Position numbers and translations under genes: made by a program. From assembly GCA_051294905.1 (NCBI GenBank), contig CM119371.1, positions 32,366,001-32,430,000 of the forward strand: a stretch of 64,000 nucleotides of DNA, written 5' to 3'. Under the pieces are notes generated by a model. The model had not been told where the DNA came from and ran no database searches. It saw only the letters and a program-made list of their open reading frames with translations. The stretch comes from Botryllus schlosseri. Taxonomy: Eukaryota. This document shows, piece by piece, positions 37,161 through 47,830 of this stretch (its first letter is position 1; each line of letters opens with the position of its first letter).

Positions 37161-38393
37161 CTGCGACGCGATTGCACATAGCTATTGCCGCGACGTCAGC
37201 TGATCCCACTCTCGCCGCTCGGCCGCATCCTTCGTCTTGAGTTTCTCTCTCGTTTAGCCAGACAGCATTGTTGCGTCACACTGCCAATCTACTCAACAAT
37301 GAATAATTTGGGGCTGATTGTGGGGGTTCCAGGGCCATGAGTGGAATAAAATTTATATTTTCGTAATCAGTGCAGAGTCAGCTTTCGATTGATACCCGAT
37401 TCATCAAATTTATTGCCCGGCAAGCCGGTCAAAGATAACCGTCAAATTGCCTGTAGCCAAATGGAAATTGTGACGTGATACAATTTCATTGAACCGTGAC
37501 ATTTGCTTGTGTCGACACCATATAGGACACTATGGTCCAAGTTTCAAGCATGTCCGTCAAGTAGAACAGAATCTAGGTTTCTGGTGGCGCTAGAGAGTTG
37601 ATATTTTCATGGATGATTGCTCTCGGCAAGACCAATCATCAGTCCAAGTTTCAAGCATGTCCGTCAAGTAGAACAGAATCTAGGTTTCTGGTGGCGCTAG
37701 AGAATTGATATTTTCATGGATGATTGCTCTTGGTAAGATAAATCATCACTCCAAGTTTAAAGTGGATTCAACAAGTTTTGAAGGTGTTACAGCCATTTTT
37801 CGTTTTGACCAGGTTGTGGTGGCGCTAGAGAGTTGATTTTGCATGGATGAATGCTTATGGCAAGGCCAATTACCAGTCCAAATTTCAAGTATATTCGTCA
37901 ACTAACAAAAATCTTACAGTATTTTTAATGTCTTACGAGGCTATTTAAGCATGTTCTGGTTGCGCTAGAGACTTGATTTTTATTTTTCTGGAAAGGGCGG
38001 GAAAAGCCGAATAATCCATGTGAATTTCAAGTCAATCGGACCACAAAATCTAAATTTTTTCTGGACCCCTAATTTCTGAAAAACCATGTTGTGGTGGCGC
38101 CAGAGAGTTAATTTTTTTTTCTGGAAAGAGCTCGGAAAGGCGATTAATCTATGTAAATTTCAAGTAAATCGGCCAACGTTTACTATTTTTCCAAGTACGA
38201 AATGTGTTCGAAATAAAAAAACCCGAACGTTTTCTGTTATTTCTCCTTCAGTTTTCACACTATCGTCTCGGGGAAGGTGGCGTTCGAAAGATGTCTGTAA
38301 GAAAAATCCAGACGTTTTGGAATTATCTCGATAGCTATCACGGCCTTCAAATGACAGCTATTTGAAAATGACAGTTTTTCAGGAAAATTCGAT

Positions 38394-38475
38394 TGACGTC
38401 ATCGTTCCGGTGGGCGGTCACGGCGCGCCAATTCAGAAAGTATATAAACCGGAGTTTCGAGCGGCGGAGCTCATT
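38394..38475 (+). promoter_or_regulatory. Compact RNA Pol II promoter: CRE, GC box, CCAAT, TATA, Inr
   Basis: TGACGTCA 38394-38401, GGGCGG 38412-38417, CCAAT 38428-38432, TATATAAA 38441-38448, and an Inr-like TCATT with its A at 38473, 32 nt after the TATA start. Confidence 0.75.
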
Positions 38476-38546
38476 ACGCGTTAATTGGTTGTATTAAGGT
38501 AAGCATCGGCCGTGCGTCAGGTGTCTTTTAGAAATATTTTTTGCAG
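38473..38546 (+). ncRNA. Spliced-leader (SL) RNA-like gene: 26-nt leader, GT donor, Sm-like site
   Basis: ATTACGCGTTAATTGGTTGTATTAAG|GTAAG. The first ATT and last 14 nt match the Halocynthia-type ascidian SL as I recall it (ATTGGAGTATTTGGTTGTATTAAG; verify). ATTTTTTG at 38536-38543 fits an AU4-6G Sm site. 3' end uncertain. Confidence 0.65.
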
Positions 38547-40774
38547 ATAAACAAAGAAAACTGGTATCGCTGGGATACATTGACTTATCATAAATATTTA
38601 ATCTACGTCTGCGCTGTGCAGTTAGATTTAACAGTCGTACCGTCGTACCTAGACTTTAGTGCCGTACACGTGGTTGCCGTACAGACTTACCTCGCCTTAC
38701 ACGCTTTTGCCGTAAACAGATTCCCAACGTACACGCAGTTGTCGTTGTTCTTTAAAACCTACAAACAGCGCAATACATATACGGTAGCCTCAAGTTAAAC
38801 AGATTTACCTGCAGTCCAGGGCTGTCTTGCCTGCAGTCTTCACAAACATACGGCTCGCGCTGTATTGTCTGCAGTTTCGACACACATACACGGATCGCGC
38901 AACTTAGGCTGCTTTGCCTGCATCTCTGACATACACACAGCTGCTTCGCTGTCGCGCCTGTTCTTCCAAACAACATTGCCTGTAGTTCTAATAATCACAC
39001 GGTTTCTTTGTGGCCTTACCTGCAGATCAGAAAGACACCACCGGCATATCAGCATACGCGCAGCTGCCTTGCTTGAAGATTCGGGTTTTAAAAGAGCGAG
39101 GTTGCCTTGATCTGAACTGAAAGATAGGCCTGTCCTTGCACAATCACGCAGTTTCGGATTCAACCAAGAAATAGAAAACTTCACCTTCCTTTCAGTAGTG
39201 AATTCCACAGCCTTGCGGTCGCGCGGCGTCTTGACTTGCTGAACAGTCTTGTAAAAGGTTGTTGTGGCTGTGCGTCCCTTTTGCACAGCAGCAAGCAGGA
39301 ACTACCTGAAATACAAAATACAAAGATTACCTACATATTAGGATTAAAACTAACTGACATCCAAGAAAACTGAGCTGTAAAGACAACAGACAGCTACATA
39401 GGCTTAGAAAACGCCGATACTTAGGTTAGAGTATTGGAAGAATTGGACAACTTGGCAGTAGAGATTTTGACAAGGCGGCATAATACAACGAATAAATAGA
39501 AGCTTGTAAATAACCTACGAGCGTAATTCAGCTTGTGGAGACAAATAAATACCGAATTAAATAGAAATATCGCTACAAATTCCAGGCTGCGGACAGAAGA
39601 TCCGCGCTTAGATAGACAATCGGACGGAACAAAAGGACACCTTTGTCTCCCGATTTTTGATTTGTCTAGAGGCATTGTTGATATAACTAGCCACAGAGCG
39701 GTCAGAGGCTACAAGAATGAAAGGGAGAACTAGATCAATTGACTTAATCTTCAGTGAAGAAATAGAACTGAAACAAGCAATTGAACTGGTAACAGAAAAT
39801 GAACTACTAACAGAAAATGAACTACTAAAAGAAAATGTTGTACAACTGGAAGGCCTCTTCCAAAACGGCATACGTGCATACAACATAACTTATGAAACAG
39901 AGGAAACAAAAACAAGAGGTAATGAAAAAAACAAAAAGAATAATCAAAACGGAAGATTATACAGTGTGGCTGTATAAACCCAGAAATCAAAAATACACAA
40001 TAAACATTAGGGCAGTCCCTACAGAGATTGAAAACAGTGAAATAAAAGAACTATTATCGGCCTTAAACTGTGGAAAAGTTGGTACAGTTGAAAAAGTGCA
40101 TCATAAAGGCACGATGATATACAACGGCTTCAGGCTGCAGCAAACCGCTGCAGCAAAAAGTTGGAAGGACACTTGTAGGGAAAACAACCTCATAGATGTC
40201 TTCAGAACCAGACACCACATGAAAAAACTTTACACCATTAAAAAATTCCACCAAGAGAGAAGGATAGACAGGGTGTACTGCTCCAAAGAGATACAACAAG
40301 AAATACAAGGATTTGAATATAAAATTAATTTGATGTCAGACCACTTATACATGGGAATCTTGACAATTAGGAAACCTGAATCAAGCAAATGGGGTCCAGG
40401 AATATGTAAAAATGATGTTGAATTATACAAGAATAAAGCGGTTAGGTCTGAGATAACACAAATATACGAGTTATATGCAGAGCAGAAAAAAATGAACAGT
40501 CACATCACTGAGTGGTGGGACGGAATAAAAACAGTTATAAAGAACGTATTAATAAGGAACGGGAAAGAACTAAGTAAGGAAAGGAAAAAAAGAATGAGAA
40601 TTCTAACAACCAAGATAAATAACGTAGAAAGGAATTCGGCAGAATTTCACGAATTAATTTCGGAACTAGGAGATCTAGAGAAAGAAGACTTCAAAAAATC
40701 ATTAATACAAGCAGGTATTGATGATAGGGAGATAAACGAAAAACCGAGTAAAGAAGTCGTTGAAAGATTGAGAG

Positions 40775-41502
40775 CCAAGATAGAGAAACAAAACATAGCA
40801 CAATTAGTAGATGATGATCAGAACTTGCTAACCAATGAAAACGAAATAATGGGAGAAGTAACGAACTTCTACCAAAATCTATGGGGTAGAAAACCAACAA
40901 CAGATAGACACAAACAATGCCAACTTGTGGAAGAAGTAAAGGACGTGGAAATAACACCAAGATAGAGAAACAAAACATAACACAATTAGTAGATGATGAT
41001 CAGAACTTGCTAACCAATGAAAACGAAATAATGGGAGAAGTAACGAACTTCTACCAAAATCTATGGGGTAGAAAACCAACAACAGATAGACACAAACAAT
41101 GCCAACTTGTGGAAGAAGTAAAGGACGTGGAAATAACACCAAGATAGAGAAACAAAACATAACACAATTAGTAGATGATGATCAGAACTTGCTAACCAAT
41201 GAAAACGAAATAATGGGAGAAGTAACGAACTTCTACCAAAATCTATGGGGTAGAAAACCAACAACAGATAGACACAAACAATGCCAACTTGTGGAAGAAG
41301 TAAAGGACGTGGAAATAACACCAAGATAGAGAAACAAAACATAACACAATTAGTAGATGATGATCAGAACTTGCTAACCAATGAAAACGAAATAATGGGA
41401 GAAGTAACGCACTTCTACCAAAATCTATGGGGTAGAAAACCAACAACAGATAGACACAAGCAATGCCAACTTGTGGAAGAAGTAAAGGACGTGGAAATAA
41501 CA
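40775..41502 (+). repeat. Four tandem copies of a 182-bp ORF2 segment
   Basis: CCAAGATAGAGAAACAAAAC at about 40775, 40957, 41139, 41321; each extra copy shifts the frame. Confidence 0.93.
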
Positions 41503-42112
41503 CAAGAACAAATGGATATCCTTAACGGTCCCATTTCTGAAGATGAAACAAAGGAGGCTATCGATAAAATGCAGAGTGGGAAATCGCCGGGCAGCGATGG
41601 ACTATCTGCTGAATTTTATAAAGCCTTCTGGAAATTGATTAAGACTGAATTGACAGAAGTCATGAACAATGCCTTTTTGTTTAATCAACTATGTGAATCC
41701 TGGACGAAGGGCATAGTTAAAATGATTTACAAAAAAGGAGATAGCAAAGAACTTAGAAACTATCGTCCGTTGACCCTGCTCAACACGGACTATAAGATTC
41801 TATCTAAAATAATTAACAGAAGACTGTCAGAGATCATGCCTAACATTTACAAAAGCCAAAAATGCAGCGTGAACCAACGCTACATTCATGACGCCACGTT
41901 GAACATTAAAGCAGCCATCGATTACACCAAGTATAAAAAGAAGCCTTTATTCATAGCCAGTTTTGACCAAGAGAAGGCTTTCGATATGGTAAATCATGAA
42001 TATTTGATGAAATTGAATCTTGGAACAAAATTCCACAGATACATTGAAACGACGTATAAAAAAGCAACCAGCAATGTAGTGGCAAATGGGAAGATATCGC
42101 AGACAATTAAAA

Positions 42113-42829
42113 TAGGGTTACCATATTTTTGTAATCCAAATTCCGGACGCTCCTCAGCGCCCACTAGCGGATTTCAAAATGCGGTGTTATATTGTGGATC
42201 AATATGACGTCACACCAGCGAAGCTTTGTCTATCGACTAGAGGTGGTCAAGATCCGGTTCAGGAGTATGTGGTTGTGTGTTGTGGGTTATAACCAGGGCC
42301 GAAGCCACATTTTTCAGCCCCACCATGGCCTTAGTAGGCCATGGCCCCACCCCGTCCATCGTAATCGATGCAAGTTCTGGGGCTTACTATATGCATCTGG
42401 TCGTTAAATGATTTGAATGAAGTATGTCAATAATATTGGTTCTTCCATGTATTACTATATAATTTGATCCTCACTCCGCCCACATGATCAGAGTTTGCGG
42501 TAGAGCTGGTGGAGGATGATGAATTCGAAAATGCGAGGAGCGTAATGGTACTTCGTCAAGTCATGTCCAAACGGCCTAAACCGACTCTATGAAGATACCG
42601 TTAGACTCATTTCTGTGTTATTTTTATTTATTTTTGATCACATTTTTGCGAGGGTGGTAGTCCCGATATTAAGACCAATATATGTGACACTAAATTGATT
42701 TAGGAAAAAATTATGAGCTTACTTCTAAATTCCGGACATTTAGGCATATTTTAGAAATTCCTCCCGGATACAGATTTAACAGTGAAATTCCGGACATGTC
42801 CGGGAAATTCCGGACGTATGGCAACCCTA
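42113..42829. mobile_element. hAT (Blackjack-like) MITE inserted in the LINE RT
   Basis: TIRs TAGGGTTACCATA / TATGGCAACCCTA, 8-bp TSD AATTAAAA (42105-42112, 42830-42837), TCCGGAC subterminal repeats. Removal restores ...QTIKIKRGIRQGCPMS. Confidence 0.93.
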
Positions 42830-45800
42830 AATTAAAATCAAAAGAGGAATAAGGCAGGGCTGCCCAATGAGTATGTCACTGTACGCCATTGCGGCAGACC
42901 CTTTGATAAGAAAAATAATAAAAGACGAAAAGATCAAAGGTGTTTCGATAGGCAACCAGGGCGAAATGAAAATGCAGCAGTACGCTGATGACCTGACAGC
43001 AACAGTAACGGACGAGGAATCTATAATAAAAGTCCTGCAACATCTGCAGGACTTTGAAAGAGCCACGGGCCAGAAAGTCAACAAATCCTTGCGACAAACA
43101 AGGAGGCGAAGAAAAGGAGGAGAAACCCAGAGATTAACGAGTTCTACCACGAACAAATTAAGGTACTGGACTCCTAGGAGAGAAGAACGTAGAGGAGATG
43201 TGGATGAGAAAAATAGCCAAAGTGGATGAGAAAGATAGTCAAAGTTAAAAACATACTTAACTTATGCAAAGGAAGAGACCTTACCTGGATTGGTAAAGAG
43301 AACGTGCTTAACAGCTTGGCAACCTCGCAGATTTTGTATGTGGCGCGAGTGTATCCACCTGGAAAACAACATACAAAAGCACTTAACAAACTGTTCTTTG
43401 AGTTTCTTTACCACCCAGAAAAGATGGAGACGATATCCAGGATTAAACTAGCCTCAAGTAAAGAGAAGGGAGGCATGGCAATTCCATTCCCAATATGGAA
43501 AGCCACTACTAGCGACATAATGAAGATGAGAGACCTAGCTAACATTGACACACCAGAAGAATTTTGGCAAAAACACGCATTATATCAATTAGGAACCAAA
43601 ATCAACCAAATTAATCCGGAACTGTACACCAACAGCACCCCGCACAAAAATGTACCAAATAAAGATTGGGCCGCAACCTTGAAAAAATACAAAAATTTGA
43701 AGTGGGGAAGAGAACAGCTTCAAGAAGCTAACTTCAAAACAATATACACTACATTAACAGACATGCATGGGAAAAAGGAAGACACGATCTCAAACACCAA
43801 CGAAGAAAAGATTATAAACTACAGAATAGCACAAGACGGCTATAACTTTGGATCGAACAAAAAAAGACGTGGAATGCTAAAAATAATGAAAGGGAAAATG
43901 GAAAAACATAAATGCAAATACTGCAAAATAAACGAAGAAACGGTAGACCACGTGTTTACCGAGTGCACAGTGACGTTAGCGGTGTTGAGAGGAGTGGAGA
44001 GAATCCTGGACTTGTCACCTGCAAAAACAGACATGATATTAATGAACAAGCTAAATTCAGATGGATTGATACTTACAATGATATCAATTTACAAAAGAAC
44101 GGTGCTGACACACAAACAATACCTCGACATTGAAATTATGAACTTGGAGGAAGAAAAGAAATGGAGAAGAGACGCAATCAAGAAAATCCTGGGGAAACTG
44201 TTGCAGAGATTCAAGCTGCACGAAAATACCCAGAAGAACAAAGAAATAAAGAAATGGACGGAAAAAATATCTATTTTCATGTCCGAAGAAGAATAAAGAA
44301 TTGGACAGGAAATGTGAATGCCTTCCTGTCCAAAATGAACAAAAACGGACGGGAAAAGACAACATACCGTCGTCTCGTCAGGTGAGGAATGACGAAATGA
44401 TGGGATGATGGAAAAGAAGAGGAAAATGGAAAGATGCGCGGCGATTTCATGTATTTCATGTTAGTTTGTGCCGCGCGCGGTAATTAATTTGCATTTTTTG
44501 TATTGAAATTATATGAATGTAATAAATACTCGGCGGTTAGCCAAAAGAAAGAAAAAAAAAAGAGCTAGATACAAGTTAGACAGGTCGCTGGTTATGGCGA
44601 AAGACAGGTGCTGCAGAGTGGCCGGCGTCCTCCAGGGGGACTTGCCCCCTGAGTCTGGCTGGGGCAATATTTTCGCGCGGACGGTTTTTTCGCTTGTGCG
44701 CGGCTTTCATTGAAAACGCGTCAGGGGGGTGGGGGGTATTCGCGCGGTGCGTTTTTGCGCATCGCGCGGCTGGTTTTTTCGGTTGTGCGCGGCTTTCATT
44801 GAAAACGCGCCAGCGGGGTGGGTCGTAGCGCGGCGTTGGGTGGGACCCTCTGGGACCTGCCCACGTGTCCGGGACGCACCAGACCCAGCGGGTAAACGGC
44901 AGGAGTAATTTTTTAGCACGACATCGTCGTGAGGCCCGTGTGTCGCACCGGTGGTCGACCCGTGATTTGGACGCCCAATAATGTATCGCAGCCGCAACCG
45001 GCCCAGCCTGCAGCTGCGGTCCGTGTTCGTGAAGGGATGGCCGCAAGGCCGCGTCGCACGATCCGGGCTCCGGTCCGAATGGACTTGTAGTTTCAAGAAC
45101 TGTGGTTTAAAGTTTCGTTCGTGCTTGAATTATAGCTGTGACATCAAATTTTTACGCATTGTACCACCTTTTTTAGTTATATTAAGTTAATTTAACTGTT
45201 TTCTTTTGGCCACCTTTGCTAGTATCGTGTTTTATTGCTTAATGTGTCGTTCTTATTTTTTGTTGGCCACTTGTGTCTAGTCTTTGTCTTATTTTATGTT
45301 ATTATTATCACATTTTATCGCTTTTATCCCTCGCTTAAACTGTGCATTGCATTTCTTTTAATCGCTTGTTTATTTTTCAGATCATATTATCATAGCGTTA
45401 GTGTAAACGTGTTCTAAAACACTAGTTAACCACTGCAATGCGTCTAGAACAGAATGGGGCAGAAAGAGGTCGGTGTCAGCTGGTCGGAACAGTGCGATGG
45501 TGTTAAGCCGGGGTTGGAGGGAGGACGACTCTTCGTGAGAGAAGAAGTACTGTGTAACAGTACGTAAACTTTAGTGAGCATTGCGTTGTTCGATCACGCC
45601 GTGCTTTCTAAAGCTTTATTTACTGTTACATACTATCACAATACTAATATAAAATAGTTGTGTAGAAAGTGTTTGTGCTTGCGAGGTCATGATACAGTGT
45701 CTTGCCTGTCTTGCATGTGCTGTTCTGAGTTGTACGTGCAAGGTTTGGCAAAACACTGTTTCGTGACAGTGCATGGTTTCGTTGTAGGGAAACTAGCTGG

Positions 45801-46240
45801 TATGTGTCACTATGTACACTTCAAAGTGCATCAACCTGTTACCCAGGTTCATGTTCCGTGAAGTCAACATAGTGTTACAAAACATCGTAATAATCGTCGG
45901 ACATAATCGAATTAAAGATGCGCAAGTTCTTGCGTAAGACCGTGTAGTGGCGTTGTTGCTGTTCTGCATATTTAATCCGCGAATCATGTACATCATTCAC
46001 GTTCCATTTGTGCCTTTCAAGTTCATATATTACCACCCGTCTTCTTTGCTTGAACAACATTTTGGCTTGCAGTTTTATTGTGCAATTCGTGTCATGTATC
46101 GAATTTTTTTCGCGTTTGTCAGGAAGTTGCGTTTCAATTCTCTTTACGTTCGTTTTTAATGACATTCATGTTGCTGTGTTGAATGGTGCTTTCAATTGAC
46201 ACTTGTATTTGTCTACAGATACTCTAGCTATATCATTATA

Positions 46241-46678
46241 ATGACTAAATCGAACCCTACGGCCGGCGAAGGCTACTTCGAGCAGACTGTATATCGAATT
46301 GACGACTTGCAACATCCTCAGATCGTTAAAGTGGAAACGAAGATTTTACCGATTCCTGCTCATTCTGAACCTGAACCCGAACCGGTTCCTGATCCAGAGA
46401 ACCCAAATGCTTATCTCTTGGTACCAGCCGACCTGAACCACGAAGGTCGTAAAACGCTGATAAGTGCTGAGCAATACGTGGCTTGGTATCAAGAAAGATT
46501 TCCTGGTCAACAGGAGAAGGTCCAGGATGAAGGTGATCTTTTCGATGGGTCGGCACAGGACAGTCCGAAATTTCCGACGGATGGCAATGGAGGAAACGTT
46601 TACGAGATGGTCAAACTGGCGACGCAGAAAAACCAAGATGGCGAAGCCACAAACTCAACGGCGTCTGCTGAACAGTGA
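46241..46678 (+). CDS. Unknown acidic/Pro-rich ~145-aa ORF in the Gypsy leader, upstream of gag
   Basis: ATG at 46241 after an acceptor-like TTGTATTTGTCTACAG; open frame with natural-looking composition; no recognisable domain. Confidence 0.45.
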   Translation: MTKSNPTAGEGYFEQTVYRIDDLQHPQIVKVETKILPIPAHSEPEPEPVPDPENPNAYLLVPADLNHEGRKTLISAEQYVAWYQERFPGQQEKVQDEGDLFDGSAQDSPKFPTDGNGGNVYEMVKLATQKNQDGEATNSTASAEQ

Positions 46679-47019
46679 TTGAGACCAAACAAAACTTGCA
46701 AATGTTTTTCGTCGGCATGAACTCAAACGTTACTTGTGCTTTCTGTTTCTTCGAATTCTTGTCGTTCGATACGCATTTGTCTTAGTTGTCGCAGTATTTC
46801 TGGCGTTGTAAAAATTAGTAAAGTATATCTTGAACTATACTACATTCCATGAAGTTGTCCGTGATATCTCCTAATTTGCGTTTACGTTAACATCATCCAC
46901 AATTTGTATGTAATCTAGCTAGACGTATCAAGTCTCATCACTTTTTATTTCGATAGCGTTGTTTTGCAAATGTTTAACAGTCGATGTTTTGTTTCCTGAA
47001 ACAGTACAGTAACTTAAAA

Positions 47020-47830
47020 ATGTCGTATAGAACTCCGACGAAAAGCCCTTTCGGAAAGGAGAGGAGGAAGAATCCTGATTTTTCTGTCGACTGGTATCAA
47101 CATTTTCCATGTCCTGAGATGTTTAGACGGCAACCAGCTCGAATCGATTCGATTGAAGTTACCTGGCCCAGAAGACGACGACTGCTACGAAGTATTGCGT
47201 GATCTTCTGATGCGTGAGTACGCTGTTCCCTTACGAGACCGTGTTAAGGAGCTTTATAGTGATCGCTGTAGGGATTTAAAACCCTCTGAACTTCTGAAAA
47301 AATTGCGAAATGCAATGGGGGCTCTATCAAACACACGAAGTTCTGACTGTTATTTGAAAGAAACGTTCCTTCATCATTTGCCAGATCATATTGCTGGGAT
47401 ATTGTCGTCACATGTAGACGATACTGTGGAACAGCTTGCCCTACGAGCTGATATAGTATATACACTCGCGCTTCTCCTCGTGTGGTTTCAAATCATTACT
47501 GTTATCCTCAGACTAATCAATTGGATGAATTGCAACGAACTGTTCAATCGATAGCTCGAGAGGTCAGGGAATTGAAAGCGATACCTTCGACACGACAAGT
47601 ATCTGTATCTGACGGATAACAATCACGTGATTTCAATCGTAGTTCCGCTCCCCGTCCTGAACCATTCCGCTCCCCGTCCTGAACGCTGTCAAACCGTTCA
47701 GAGACACGTGGTGAGGTAACTCAATTTGCTCATCTGCGTGGTACGAATCAGTTGTGCTTTTATCATGATAAATTCGGTGATCGAGCTCGAAATTGCCGTC
47801 CATCCTGCTCCTACTCCTCAAATCGCCCTT
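47020..47830 (+). pseudogene. Frameshifted Gypsy gag
   Basis: FHVLRCL...CYEVLRDLL...KPSELLKKLR...FLHHLPDHIAGILS and the CFYHDKFGDRARNCRPSC knuckle lie in different frames. Confidence 0.75.

Larger units (their letters stand above)
28081..37534. mobile_element. Non-autonomous P/Galileo-like element with ~362-bp TIRs and internal 243-bp repeats, interrupted by BEL
   Basis: TIRs 28081-28442 / 37173-37534 begin CATAGTGTCCTATATGG; 7-bp TSD GTCCAAG (28074-28080, 37535-37541). Superfamily inferred from CATAG termini and the 7-bp TSD. Confidence 0.85.
39717..44296 (+). pseudogene. Disrupted ORF1/ORF2 of the Tx1-like LINE
   Basis: INIRAVPTEI...IYNGFR (ORF1-like); LIDVFR, RIDRVY, MSDH (APE); KSPGSDG, NYRPLTLLNTDYK, DQEKAFD, GIRQGCPMS, QYADD (RT); CKYC...HVFTEC. 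Broken by frameshifts, a 182-bp multiplication and a MITE. Confidence 0.9.
38550..44561 (+). mobile_element. L1/Tx1-clade non-LTR retrotransposon, internally deleted and disrupted
   Basis: ORF1-like RRM remnant, APE C-terminus, RT, CCHC finger, AATAAA at 44521 and A-rich tail 44543-44561. The 5' boundary is uncertain. Confidence 0.85.
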
